Source: a virus (lineage: Duplodnaviria; Caudoviricetes). Taken from it: a stretch of 64,000 nucleotides of DNA. The notes beneath the pieces are model-generated. The model saw only the letters and a program-made list of their open reading frames with translations. It ran no database searches and was not told the DNA's origin. The translations under genes were made by a program, and so were the position numbers. Of the stretch, positions 7,515-16,937 are shown piece by piece. The stretch is from positions 448 through 64,447 of the IMG/VR virus record IMGVR_UViG_3300049215_000407. One strand, 5' to 3'. Positions within the stretch are counted from its first letter, which is position 1. The number at the start of each line of letters is the position of its first letter.

Positions 7515-9089
7515 ATGCAAAACGAGACCCGAAGCCAAAAGACCCGGACCGATATCAGCGCGCTCCTTCGCGCGCGTAACACCCTTCTCTGGATCGCCAC
7601 GCGCGAGGAATTACGCGCTGAGCGCGTGATTACGGACGCGTGCGGGGACGCATCGTGCCGCGTCGCCTTTTGGGACGTGGCGACTGGCCTGAGCTTCCCG
7701 GATGGCGCGGACTACGGGACGCCCGATCGCTCGCTTGACGATCCGAACCGTGCGCTCGAATGGCTCGACACTCGCCCGACTGCCACGCGCGAGGGCGATA
7801 CGGGCGAGCGTTGGGTGCTCGTGATGCGAGATCTTCACCAGGTTTTTTCGCCCCTCGTTTCGCGCGCGCTGAGGTCTTTCTCGCGCGCATGGCAGGGTCG
7901 CGCGCGTGGATCGTTTCGCGCTGTCGTGCTCCTCACCCCAAGCTCGGACATTCCCCTGGAGATCCAGGGTAACGCTGTCTTCGTTGACTTTCCCCTCCCT
8001 GATCGCGCTGAGATCGCCTCGATTCTTGGCGATCTCTTGGAGATCTACAAGGACGCGGCACCCAACGGGACGCGCGAAGCGGCGATCGATTCCGCTGTCG
8101 GCCTGACTGCCGATGAAGCGACCAATTGCTACGCGCGTTCGCTCGTTCTCACGGGCGGGAAGATCGATCCTGCGATCGTGTCGTCCGAGAAAAAGCGCGT
8201 GGTTGGGCGCGAGAAAGTTCTCACGTGGTACGACCCAGATCCGAGGGGCCTGGACGCGATCGGGGGCTTGGACGTCGCGAAAACATGGGCCGCGCAACGC
8301 AAGCTCGCGTTTTCCAAGGAAGCGCGCGCGTACGGTCTCCCGCCACCCAAGGGCGTGCTCCTCGTGGGCGTGCCCGGTACGGGCAAAAGCCTCTTTGCGA
8401 AGTGCATCGCGACGTCATGGGCGCAACCCCTCCTTCGGCTCGACTTGGGCGCACTGCAGTCCAAGTATGTCGGGGAATCTCAGGCGAACATTCGCAAGGC
8501 GCTCGCCCTCGCAGAAACGATCGCGCCCTGCGTTCTCTGGTTGGATGAGATCGAAAAAGCCCTCGCAGGATCGTCCGGCCCGCAAGGCGATGGCGGCGTT
8601 TCGGCTGACGCGTTGGGCGCGATTCTCTCTTGGATGCAAGATCAAAAGGGTGTCTTCGTGATCGCGACGTCCAACGATGTGAGTGCGCTACCGCCTGAGC
8701 TTCTACGTAAAGGCCGATTCGATGAGCTTTTTTTCGTCGACCTCCCCACGCGTGGCGAGCGCGCTGAGATCTTGCGCGTTGCCCTGAAAGCGCACGGGCG
8801 CGAGCTCCCTGCCGATCGTCTCGGACAGATCGTGGAAGCCACGAACACTTTTACGGGCGCTGAGATCGCCGCACTGGTCCCGGACGCACTTTTCCGCTCG
8901 TACGCTGACGGTGCGCGCGCGATCAGCACGGACGATCTTCTGGAAGCGGCCAAAACCGTTACCCCGCTCGCCAAAACCGCAGGGGAGAAGATCGCAAAGC
9001 TCAGGGAATGGGCCAACGGACGCGCGCGTCGCGCCAGCACGCCCGAGATCGAAGCTACTTCGCGCAAGGTGCGCGACATTGACGTGTGA
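7515..9089 (+). CDS. Ycf46-like AAA+ ATPase
   Basis: Walker A GVPGTGKS, Walker B VLWLDE, SRH ATSN..LPPELLRKGRFDELFFVDLP; degenerate N-terminal AAA. Confidence 0.9.
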   Translation: MQNETRSQKTRTDISALLRARNTLLWIATREELRAERVITDACGDASCRVAFWDVATGLSFPDGADYGTPDRSLDDPNRALEWLDTRPTATREGDTGERWVLVMRDLHQVFSPLVSRALRSFSRAWQGRARGSFRAVVLLTPSSDIPLEIQGNAVFVDFPLPDRAEIASILGDLLEIYKDAAPNGTREAAIDSAVGLTADEATNCYARSLVLTGGKIDPAIVSSEKKRVVGREKVLTWYDPDPRGLDAIGGLDVAKTWAAQRKLAFSKEARAYGLPPPKGVLLVGVPGTGKSLFAKCIATSWAQPLLRLDLGALQSKYVGESQANIRKALALAETIAPCVLWLDEIEKALAGSSGPQGDGGVSADALGAILSWMQDQKGVFVIATSNDVSALPPELLRKGRFDELFFVDLPTRGERAEILRVALKAHGRELPADRLGQIVEATNTFTGAEIAALVPDALFRSYADGARAISTDDLLEAAKTVTPLAKTAGEKIAKLREWANGRARRASTPEIEATSRKVRDIDV

Positions 9090-9102
9090 AAAAAAACGAA
9101 CC

Positions 9103-9130
9103 GCATGCGGGAATTGACTTTCTCGCATGC
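9103..9130 (+). repeat. intergenic hairpin repeat copy 3
   Basis: GCATGCGGGAA-TTGACT-TTCTCGCATGC. Confidence 0.85.
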
Positions 9131-9178
9131 GCGTTCTACAAGTGAACCAAGCAACGCAACGAACGAAGGACGAAGATC

Positions 9179-10015
9179 ATGACCATCGAAAAAGCACGAA
9201 CGATCAAGCCGGGAATCATTGTCGCACTCAGCACGCGAATTCGGGGGGGCGTCACGTACACGCGCGTCGACCTCGAACGCGCGCGCGAGACCGAGGCCGG
9301 GACGGTACGCGAGCGTTGGGAGACCACCAAAGTGGTGGAAGATCCCGAAGAGCTTACGCGCGCGACCAAAGTGCGCGGAACGATCTCGACCATGATCCGA
9401 AGGCTTTGCATTGACACGGCCTTCGGTCTGATCTGTCCCGAGTCGAATGAGCTGGCTTTGGATGAGGCGATCAAGCGCGCGCGCGTGCTCGCATCCGAGC
9501 ACAACGGCACGGCAACGTGCTCGCAGGTGGGCGTCTACGTCTTGAAGGGGCGCATCGCGTCGACGGACGAGGAAGCCGCACGCGCGATCGGCGAGGAAGT
9601 GCGCGCCCTGATCGATGCGATGTCAGCGGGCATCGATGCGATGGATCCGAAGGCGATCCGTGACGCGGCAGATCGCGCGCGCAAGCTCGGGGAAGTGCTC
9701 GACACGGAGCAAAGCAACGCGGTTTCCGAGGCGATTACCCAGGCGCGCAAAGCGGCCCGGACCATCGTGTCGCGCGTCGAGAAAAAGGCGGAGGAGTCGG
9801 CTGTCGTCTTGAAGAGCATCCAACGCGGCGCAATCGAGCGCGCGCGCCTTGCGTTTCTCGACTTCGAACCGGTCCAGGCGAGCCCCGAAGCTTTGCCGGC
9901 TGTCGATGTGGCCCGGCTCGCAGGGCTGGATCTCGAATCGCACGATACGGACGCGCCCGAGAGTGCGCCCGAGAGTGCGCCCGATAGCGTCGAGACGATC
10001 GCAGCAAGCGCATGA
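9179..10015 (+). CDS. hypothetical helical protein in AAA module
   Basis: 278 aa, GAAGGA SD, C-terminal APES repeats. Confidence 0.7.
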   Translation: MTIEKARTIKPGIIVALSTRIRGGVTYTRVDLERARETEAGTVRERWETTKVVEDPEELTRATKVRGTISTMIRRLCIDTAFGLICPESNELALDEAIKRARVLASEHNGTATCSQVGVYVLKGRIASTDEEAARAIGEEVRALIDAMSAGIDAMDPKAIRDAADRARKLGEVLDTEQSNAVSEAITQARKAARTIVSRVEKKAEESAVVLKSIQRGAIERARLAFLDFEPVQASPEALPAVDVARLAGLDLESHDTDAPESAPESAPDSVETIAASA

Positions 10016-10021
10016 ATGAGT

Positions 10022-10053
10022 GCGCGTGCGGGAATTGACTTTCTCGCACGCGC
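10022..10053 (+). repeat. intergenic hairpin repeat copy 4
   Basis: GCGCGTGCGGGAA-TTGACT-TTCTCGCACGCGC. Confidence 0.85.
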
Positions 10054-10110
10054 GTTCTCAAGACAAGCAACGCAACGCAGCAACGCAACGCAGTAACGAA
10101 CGAGGAACCA

Positions 10111-10443
10111 ATGGCATGCGACACGATGAGGCAACCGAATCAGACCATCCAAGAGCGCGCGACCGAGGTCGAGACTGCGCTTCGCAAGCTCAAGGCGGAT
10201 CTCCTCACGGGCCGCGTGCAAGTGAAGATCGCCCCCAACGGTGCCATCGCGTTCGCAGGTGCGGGCGTAACCGGGAATCTGACGGACGCATGCGCGTATC
10301 GCATCCTGTCTTTCCAGAATTCGGGCGAGCTTCGCAGCGCGATTGCTCGGGCTGAGCAACTTTCGGGGCGCAAGGTCAACCCTCGCGCCATCGCAGCGGG
10401 ACACCACTCACACAACGGAGGAAACACCTGGGATAAGCACTAG
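10111..10443 (+). CDS. hypothetical protein in AAA module
   Basis: 110 aa, GAGGA SD, C-terminal HHSH motif. Confidence 0.7.
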   Translation: MACDTMRQPNQTIQERATEVETALRKLKADLLTGRVQVKIAPNGAIAFAGAGVTGNLTDACAYRILSFQNSGELRSAIARAEQLSGRKVNPRAIAAGHHSHNGGNTWDKH

Positions 10444-10451
10444 GAACGAGC

Positions 10452-10485
10452 CGCACGTGCGGGAATTGACTTTCTCGCACGTGCG
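10452..10485 (+). repeat. intergenic hairpin repeat copy 5
   Basis: CGCACGTGCGGGAA-TTGACT-TTCTCGCACGTGCG. Confidence 0.85.
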
Positions 10486-10595
10486 TTCTCAAGGCAAGCA
10501 ACGAACGGAACGAAGGAGGTACGAGGATTGACAGGGGCGCGCTGGGTCGCGCGCTCCTCCCGATTCCCGAACCGCAACGAACGAAGGAACGAACG

Positions 10596-10748
10596 ATGAA
10601 CACGGAACGAAAAAACCTGATTGTGCTCGCGCGGGAAGTGCCGCGCTGCGCAAACCCGTATTGCAAAACCGGCGTGTGCTTCGGTCCACGCAAACCCAAG
10701 CCGCACGCGTGCAAGGCATGCGCAGCGAGCGCGAACGAGGTGCAGTGA
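10596..10748 (+). CDS. small Cys-rich protein
   Basis: AAGGA SD; CANPYC..C..CKAC. Confidence 0.45.
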   Translation: MNTERKNLIVLAREVPRCANPYCKTGVCFGPRKPKPHACKACAASANEVQ

Positions 10749-11176
10749 TGGCAACGCACGAAGAGAAACGCCGCACCATTGGCCGCAAGCTCTCCGAGAT
10801 TCTGGAGGAGCTTGAAGATCTCGAAAGGGATCTCCAGCTCGATCCGTTGACCGAGCAACCCGACGAAACGATCTTGTCGCTGGCAAAGGTCACGATCGCA
10901 TCGGCCGTGACGCAGCTCCAATGGGTCGATTCCAAAGCTATCCGCGCTCAAGTCGAGCGCGACTTGGACGCGAAGCGGGGCTACGTCGAGATCGAAGCGC
11001 AGCACGTTGGCAAGGCGCTTTTCGAGGCGTTCGGGCGCAAGTGGCCGGTGTCCGGTTTCATCGGGAAGATCATGCGCAACGACATCGGCAAGCGCGTCTA
11101 CCTCACGGGCGACATCCTGCAGGTGGAGAACGACGAGCAACGCGCGAAGCGCAAGGCAAGCGAGGTGCAATCGTGA
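10748..11176 (+). CDS. hypothetical protein
   Basis: Coupled ORF in small-gene cluster. Confidence 0.6.
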   Translation: MATHEEKRRTIGRKLSEILEELEDLERDLQLDPLTEQPDETILSLAKVTIASAVTQLQWVDSKAIRAQVERDLDAKRGYVEIEAQHVGKALFEAFGRKWPVSGFIGKIMRNDIGKRVYLTGDILQVENDEQRAKRKASEVQS

Positions 11177-11382
11177 GCACGCAACCCACGCCCACGCTGG
11201 ACGAATACCTCGATCGCATCCTGGAAGCCGCGCAAGCGCACGGCGAGGACGACGATCCCGAGCACGAGGTCGGCGATCTGCAGGGCATCATCCACACAAT
11301 GTGGGGGGTGCTCAGCGACGAGCAAAAGGCCGTCGTGGTCGCATCGACCGCTGACCTTCTCGACGAATGGGGGACGCCATGA
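11173..11382 (+). CDS. hypothetical protein
   Basis: GTGA overlap; acidic; HEVGDLQ motif. Confidence 0.55.
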   Translation: MSTQPTPTLDEYLDRILEAAQAHGEDDDPEHEVGDLQGIIHTMWGVLSDEQKAVVVASTADLLDEWGTP

Positions 11383-11582
11383 TCGGCGTCGGTACGTACT
11401 GGACGATCGAGATCCCCTACCAGGCCGAGCACACGAGCAATCCGTGGATGCCTCGGGAGTCTTCCGGTCCGTTCTCCGTGCTCACGCGCGGAGCGTTCTC
11501 GACCAATGCGTTGGCCGTCGAATGGGCCACGCAGAACTTGCCCGAGAGCGCGAAGGTCCGTTATCGCGAGGTGAAGCCATGA
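11379..11582 (+). CDS. hypothetical protein
   Basis: ATGA overlap. Confidence 0.55.
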   Translation: MIGVGTYWTIEIPYQAEHTSNPWMPRESSGPFSVLTRGAFSTNALAVEWATQNLPESAKVRYREVKP

Positions 11583-11791
11583 ACGACCCCCAAAAGTACC
11601 GCGTCAATCTGATCTGCGCGTGCGACGCCGACATCGCGTACGGCTACGGCGCGACCATCAAGGAAGCGCGTGCGAACGCGATCAAGTTTTTCCGGCGTGA
11701 CCATCGCCGAGGGGCGAAGTGGCGCGCCGAGATCATCGAGCACGCTGTCGAGCACAACGGCGGCTCGCACTACGAGGAGATTCCGTCATGA
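11579..11791 (+). CDS. hypothetical protein
   Basis: ATGA overlap, GAGG SD. Confidence 0.55.
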   Translation: MNDPQKYRVNLICACDADIAYGYGATIKEARANAIKFFRRDHRRGAKWRAEIIEHAVEHNGGSHYEEIPS

Positions 11792-11982
11792 AGTTCAAGG
11801 TCACGATCGAGCTTGGTGACGCCATGCAAACCGAGGGACACATCGCGGCGGCTCTGCACCGTCTCTCGTTCAACCTGAACGCTGGACGCATTCCCCTCGA
11901 ATCCGAGGACGGTACTTACCCGAGCGGACCGATCCGCGATGTGGACGGCAACAAGGTCGGCGAATGGGAAGTGACGCCATGA
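11788..11982 (+). CDS. hypothetical protein
   Basis: ATGA overlap; IRDVDGNKVGEW ending. Confidence 0.6.
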   Translation: MKFKVTIELGDAMQTEGHIAAALHRLSFNLNAGRIPLESEDGTYPSGPIRDVDGNKVGEWEVTP

Positions 11983-12479
11983 GCAACCACACCAAAGCAT
12001 GGGCGATCGTTCGCGAGGTGCCCGAGCGCGAATTGCGCGATGAGCTCATCGCGGCGCACGAGCGGATCTTGGATGCCGCCGACGAGCTCGACGCGGCGGG
12101 AGATCTCGACGTGGCCGTTTACCAGGCGACCGATTGGCGCGACACGTTGAACGACCTCGCGACCAAGTGCGGCACGGACGATATCGGCGACTGGATCGAT
12201 GACGCGGCCGAAAAGCTGGAGGCGATGCCGAAGGCCGACCAAGAGCTTGCCGAGAAGCTCAAGGAAGCGCTCGAACGGATCGAAGCTCTGGAGGCAGAGC
12301 GCGCGCTCCTCAAGGCCGAAGTGCATCAGCTCGAAGCGGCGGCCCACATCCCGGAGGACGTCAAGCACGCCGTGGGCGATGTGCTCGCGATGTCGCGCAA
12401 GCTCACGACGTTTTGCGAAAAGGCAGGCATCAAGCCCGCGACGTTGCGGGTCACACGTACACGGAGGAAAGCATCGTGA
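11979..12479 (+). CDS. coiled-coil hypothetical protein
   Basis: ATGA overlap; heptad pattern. Confidence 0.6.
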   Translation: MSNHTKAWAIVREVPERELRDELIAAHERILDAADELDAAGDLDVAVYQATDWRDTLNDLATKCGTDDIGDWIDDAAEKLEAMPKADQELAEKLKEALERIEALEAERALLKAEVHQLEAAAHIPEDVKHAVGDVLAMSRKLTTFCEKAGIKPATLRVTRTRRKAS

Positions 12480-13066
12480 AGCTCGACAACCAAACGAAGT
12501 GGAGTACGGACGATCTGCGCGCGATCATCAGTGCGGCTCTCAACGCGCGCGACGTTCCGTCGACGGGGCTCGAAGTGCACGTGGTCCCATCGAAGGAACA
12601 CATCACGGGCCGCGCGACGATCGGCAAGATGTGCAACGTCTTCGGCGAGAAAAAGATGTACTACGGCCGGTGGATGCTCCTTCGCATCCCGAACCCGGCG
12701 CACATCGCCAAGCACGTCGAGACGGAGGAAGCCAAGGACCACGTGCTTGGTAAGCGCCGGCTCATGTTCGCCCGCGTCGTCGAGCACGAGGTCGCGCACC
12801 TTCAAGGGCTGCGTCACCCACAAATGTCGGACGCGCTTCGCTATTGCACGCAGGACGTTCCGTGGCTCGGCGAGCTAGCGCTCGGCGAAGAAATGTACCC
12901 GGATGAAGCTGTAGCCGAGAAAAAGGCTGCGGCTCGCGCCGATCGCCTCGAACACGCACGCTCGAAGCTCAAGCTCTCGCTAACGCGCGAGAAGCGAGCC
13001 ACGACCCTGCGCAAGAAGTGGGAGCGCCGAGTGCGCGCGCTCGAACGTACGGGAGGCGAGTCGTGA
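12476..13066 (+). CDS. HExxH zincin-like (SprT-like) protein
   Basis: VVEHEVAHLQGLRH motif. Confidence 0.55.
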   Translation: MKLDNQTKWSTDDLRAIISAALNARDVPSTGLEVHVVPSKEHITGRATIGKMCNVFGEKKMYYGRWMLLRIPNPAHIAKHVETEEAKDHVLGKRRLMFARVVEHEVAHLQGLRHPQMSDALRYCTQDVPWLGELALGEEMYPDEAVAEKKAAARADRLEHARSKLKLSLTREKRATTLRKKWERRVRALERTGGES

Positions 13067-13251
13067 GCGGGCGCAAGTTCCTCCGCGTCGAGCTCGTTCC
13101 CGCGATGGCCTCGCATCTCATTTGCGTTGCGTGCGGGAACTTCCATTGCGACTTCGCCATCGTCGCAGACGGAGATAAGACCGGCGACGGTCAAGCGGGC
13201 GTCCACAAGAAGTGCATCGCCAAGGTGAAAGCGAAGCGAGGTGTGACGTGA
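13063..13251 (+). CDS. small Zn-finger protein
   Basis: CVAC...HKKC. Confidence 0.5.
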   Translation: MSGRKFLRVELVPAMASHLICVACGNFHCDFAIVADGDKTGDGQAGVHKKCIAKVKAKRGVT

Positions 13252-13646
13252 AGCCGATCGAGGAGACAAAGACGGTCACCGTGTACAAGTGCGCCGATTG
13301 CGGCAAGGAGTACGAAAACCCTCACGGCGCAGAGCAGTGTTGCGCGTGCTGCACCTGCGGCGGTCCGACGTCGGCCGAGGATAAGAAGATCGCGCGTGGG
13401 GGAAGCTCCAGCTACTACCGTAGCGATCTCCTTTGCGAGTGGTGCCGCATCCGCAAGGACGTGAAGGCGTTGCAAGACCGGGTGCGACACGCAGAGTCGC
13501 ATGTCGAGCAAGCTAGAACCCGATTCGTTGCTCTGGGAAACGAATTGAAGAAGCGGCAAGAAGAGCTCGCTGCGCTCACTGCGAAGCGTGATGCGCTCCC
13601 GCCGAAGCCACGAGCACCGAAAGAGAAGAAAGAGAGCGCAGCATGA
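13248..13646 (+). CDS. Zn-finger plus coiled-coil protein
   Basis: CADC, CCACCTC, CEWC. Confidence 0.55.
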   Translation: MKPIEETKTVTVYKCADCGKEYENPHGAEQCCACCTCGGPTSAEDKKIARGGSSSYYRSDLLCEWCRIRKDVKALQDRVRHAESHVEQARTRFVALGNELKKRQEELAALTAKRDALPPKPRAPKEKKESAA

Positions 13647-13963
13647 ACGCAGATCGTTTCGGTAAGCGCTACTCGATCACGGTGTGCATGGACGGCCACG
13701 TGTCGATCCTCGATACCGCCGAGAAGACCAAGCAGTGCCGACTCGGCTCGGCACTTCCGGTCTTCACGGTCGACAACATCGTGGAGGCATTCGAGCTCGT
13801 TCGCAGGCTTTGCAGTTTGAGCCGCTGCCATCACGGCGGAAAGACGGGCACGCTCCTCGAACCGCGCGTGAACGGGTGGCCCAACGATGCGACGCTCGAA
13901 GACCTCGATCGCGTCGGCTCACTCTTCGAGGCCGAGTACGAGAAGATGCGAGGTGCAACGTGA
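13643..13963 (+). CDS. hypothetical protein
   Basis: Coupled ORF. Confidence 0.55.
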   Translation: MNADRFGKRYSITVCMDGHVSILDTAEKTKQCRLGSALPVFTVDNIVEAFELVRRLCSLSRCHHGGKTGTLLEPRVNGWPNDATLEDLDRVGSLFEAEYEKMRGAT

Positions 13964-14202
13964 CCGCCTTCCTCACCGAGGTCGCCGGACGGCCGCACAT
14001 CGCCAACATCAAGCCGAAGACGCGCGCGGACATGGTGCGTGCGCTTCGCTGCATCGCTACGGGCGGCTCTGGGTACGACGACACCATCGCCATCAAAACG
14101 CGGCGAGCGAGCATCCACGCTCTCATCGAGCTCGGGCTCGTCGTCTACAAAGATCCATTCACGCTGGTGCTGACCGAAAAAGGCAAGGAGATGGTCTCGT
14201 GA
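13960..14202 (+). CDS. small wHTH-like protein
   Basis: SIHALIELGLV...LVLTEKGK ending. Confidence 0.5.
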   Translation: MTAFLTEVAGRPHIANIKPKTRADMVRALRCIATGGSGYDDTIAIKTRRASIHALIELGLVVYKDPFTLVLTEKGKEMVS

Positions 14203-14606
14203 GCATCCCCGTCGAAGCGTTCGGACACGATCACTGGTCGACGTTCGGCTACATCGAGACGCGCATCGTGGACTACGGCGGGATCCCTCGCAAAGAACAC
14301 CTTCGCTGCATTCACGAGCGCCATCCGTTCTTCGCCCATAGCGGCGGCGACGCTTCGCGATACCCGACGCGCCTGCGCGGTGACCAGGTGAAGAGGCATC
14401 ACGACGATTGGGATTGTCTCGACGACATCGAGGCAGCGGGGTTCATCGAGAACGTCGGAACCGGTCTCTACCGGGTCTACCGGCTCACGCAGCTAGGCAA
14501 AAACTTGGCCGCGAAGCTCCGCGCGCACAAAGCTGACGGCGGCAAGTGGAGCGAATTTTTTGTGGGCGAAATTCAGAATGCAAACGTCGAAACGAAAGGA
14601 ACATGA
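14199..14606 (+). CDS. hypothetical protein
   Basis: DHWST, YPTRL, HDDWDC motifs; wHTH-like C-terminus. Confidence 0.6.
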   Translation: MSIPVEAFGHDHWSTFGYIETRIVDYGGIPRKEHLRCIHERHPFFAHSGGDASRYPTRLRGDQVKRHHDDWDCLDDIEAAGFIENVGTGLYRVYRLTQLGKNLAAKLRAHKADGGKWSEFFVGEIQNANVETKGT

Positions 14607-15274
14607 TGAAAACGAATTTGGGATTTTTGATGGCGGTGCTTCTTACGGGATGCACCACGACCGTGATCGACATGCCGAAGGGCGACGGAGGTGCCGACAC
14701 CGGGACCGATCCCGATGGCGGAACACCTGACACGGGCGTCGCGTGCTCGATCAAGAACTGCTTGGGCTGTTGCTTCAACGGCGCGTGTCAGACCGGCACG
14801 ACCGCGGTGGCGTGCGGTTCCTTCGGAGTGCAGTGCGCCGTGTGTCTCACGCACCAGATCTGCAGCGATCAATTCTGCCGCGTGGATCCGGAGGGCACGT
14901 GGAAAGTGCAGCCCACGGACGCGAAGATCGCCACGACGAACCAGGGCTCGGACTGGGACTTCGGCGGTGGAGCTCCCGATCCGTTTGCCCTTCTTTGGTG
15001 TCCATCGACATCGGCGAATGCCACGAGCTCGACACCCACCGTCAACGACTCGTTCAACCCCACGTGGACGACGGGCGGATGCGTGATGAAGGCAAAGGAT
15101 CTGCTCAGCGTCGGCTACGCAATCCAGGTGTGGGACGAAGACATCTCCTCGAACGATTCGGTTTGCGGCAAGGGCACAATCACCGTGAAGGAGAGCGATC
15201 TCTTGCTCGGCACCATGAACCTGGTCGCGCTCCCGAACCTGATCTCTCTGAACGTCGCGCTGCAAAAACAATGA
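14603..15274 (+). CDS. lipoprotein with Cys-rich region and C2-like domain
   Basis: Lipobox LLTGC; DGG linker; PDPF..TVNDSFNPTW..IQVWDEDISSND C2-like pattern. Confidence 0.7.
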   Translation: MMKTNLGFLMAVLLTGCTTTVIDMPKGDGGADTGTDPDGGTPDTGVACSIKNCLGCCFNGACQTGTTAVACGSFGVQCAVCLTHQICSDQFCRVDPEGTWKVQPTDAKIATTNQGSDWDFGGGAPDPFALLWCPSTSANATSSTPTVNDSFNPTWTTGGCVMKAKDLLSVGYAIQVWDEDISSNDSVCGKGTITVKESDLLLGTMNLVALPNLISLNVALQKQ

Positions 15275-15498
15275 AGTTCGTTCTCACCATCGACACGGAA
15301 GTCGTTCCAACGTGCGGCGCGCTCGCCACGCTGTTGGAACGTCTTTCGCGACGGTTCAACAAGGAACCCGGCGATGCGCTGATCGCGGATTGCTGTCGCT
15401 ACACCGACAGTGATCTCGTTCGCAGCGGCGAGCTCTATCACACGGACGGCGACGTCGATGTTCTCGACGGTTACTGGTCTCTCGTGGAGGAATCGTGA
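15271..15498 (+). CDS. hypothetical protein
   Basis: ATGA overlap. Confidence 0.5.
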   Translation: MKFVLTIDTEVVPTCGALATLLERLSRRFNKEPGDALIADCCRYTDSDLVRSGELYHTDGDVDVLDGYWSLVEES

Positions 15499-16031
15499 AA
15501 CGGCAGCTTCCCCTCGTTCAAGAGCGCGGCTGCGGCTCGTGCACCGCGTGCTGCACGGCGCTCCAAGTGAAATCGCTCGGCAAGGGCGACTACCAGCCGT
15601 GCGAACACCTTCGCCGTGGCTCGATCAAGGGTTGCGGCGTCTACAAGGATCGCCCGAAGGATTGCTCGGACTACGAGTGCCTCTGGCGTGCGAACGCGAT
15701 CGACGCGGCCGACTTCCGGCCGGACAAGTGCGGCTTCATCCTGAGCACGTCGGTCTTCTCGGTGCACAACGATGAGAGCGGAGTGGCCGAAGACTTCGAG
15801 CCGTTCATCATGGTCCACGAGCTCAGGCCCGGCGCATCACGCGCACCGCGAGCGGATGCTGTGATCCAGAAAATCATGACCATCGCGCTCGTGATCGAGA
15901 TCCAGCACGACGGAACCCGCAAAGTACGCGGCGGACCCCAAGACAAAGTGGAACGCATGCTGCAGATCGCCGCCGACCTGCAGGCGCGAGGTGTCCCCGG
16001 CTACAAATTGGAAAGGAACGACGAGAAATGA
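15495..16031 (+). CDS. CxxCxxCC (YkgJ-like) cysteine-cluster protein
   Basis: CGSCTACC...CEHL...CGVYKDRPKDCSDYECLW. Confidence 0.75.
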   Translation: MKRQLPLVQERGCGSCTACCTALQVKSLGKGDYQPCEHLRRGSIKGCGVYKDRPKDCSDYECLWRANAIDAADFRPDKCGFILSTSVFSVHNDESGVAEDFEPFIMVHELRPGASRAPRADAVIQKIMTIALVIEIQHDGTRKVRGGPQDKVERMLQIAADLQARGVPGYKLERNDEK

Positions 16032-16291
16032 GGCTGAACAAACAGGCAAAGGCCATCGTCGACACCTACAACAAGATGTTGCTGAACAATCTACGTGCCC
16101 ACGGATTCAACGCTGTCGGCCTCGCCGGAGGAGTCGTCTTCTCCGACACCAAAGAGGTCCACGCGTACATGATGGTTTTCGATGACGTCACGGTCAACGA
16201 CGGCGAGGTTCCCTTCGATCGCGACAAGTTCATGACCGACATCGGCAACGCGCTTTGCGCTGGAGCGGAATGGGAGGAGGACGATTCATGA
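16028..16291 (+). CDS. hypothetical protein
   Basis: Coupled ORF. Confidence 0.55.
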   Translation: MRLNKQAKAIVDTYNKMLLNNLRAHGFNAVGLAGGVVFSDTKEVHAYMMVFDDVTVNDGEVPFDRDKFMTDIGNALCAGAEWEEDDS

Positions 16292-16710
16292 ACGACACAC
16301 ACGTGCACTTCTGCGAAGAGTGCGAGAAAGAATTTCCTTCGAGCGGGATGTGCTTCAACAACTGCAGTGAGCACCAAGCTCGTTCGAGCGTCTGCGACTT
16401 CTGCAGCTCCGAGAAGGTTCGATGGGCGTATCCCGCCGAGGACTTCCTGATCGGCGCGATCGCCGCTGTCGACCCCAACACGGGCGAGCCGATCGAAGTG
16501 CAGCCGATGGGCTCGAAGGGTCCGTGGGCTGCGTGCACGGAATGCTCCGAGCTCATCGAGCGCGAAGACTACGAGGCTCTCCGTCAACGGGGCATCGACG
16601 CGATCCCCAAGCATGAGGTTCTCGATCCCGACCTCGCACGCACGATGCTCGTGAGCATGCACGCGGGCTTCCGAGAAAACCGCACCGGCCCACGAATGGA
16701 GATCGCGTGA
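16288..16710 (+). CDS. Zn-binding hypothetical protein
   Basis: CEEC, CDFC, WAACTEC motifs. Confidence 0.6.
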   Translation: MNDTHVHFCEECEKEFPSSGMCFNNCSEHQARSSVCDFCSSEKVRWAYPAEDFLIGAIAAVDPNTGEPIEVQPMGSKGPWAACTECSELIEREDYEALRQRGIDAIPKHEVLDPDLARTMLVSMHAGFRENRTGPRMEIA

Positions 16711-16937
16711 ATCCCGTTGTTCTGCGGCGCTCCCGCACCGGGTACCACTACGTCGCCGTCCCCCACGGTAAACGTCGCTACACCCTATGGCGCATCGAAG
16801 AGAGTCTCGCGCCATCACGCCATCATGACGTCGAACGAAACGGCTTCATCTTCGGCCAGGGGAAAGTTTTGGTCATGGGAGTTGGTCTCAGATTGCGCGA
16901 GTGCCGAGAGATCTCCCGTGAACGAGGTGGCCGATGA
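16707..16937 (+). CDS. hypothetical protein
   Basis: Coupled ORF. Confidence 0.45.
   Translation: MNPVVLRRSRTGYHYVAVPHGKRRYTLWRIEESLAPSRHHDVERNGFIFGQGKVLVMGVGLRLRECREISRERGGR

Noticed and set aside
6944-10485. Repeats as a CRISPR array
   Set aside because: Spacing is 400-1600 bp and filled by whole genes; no cas operon is visible
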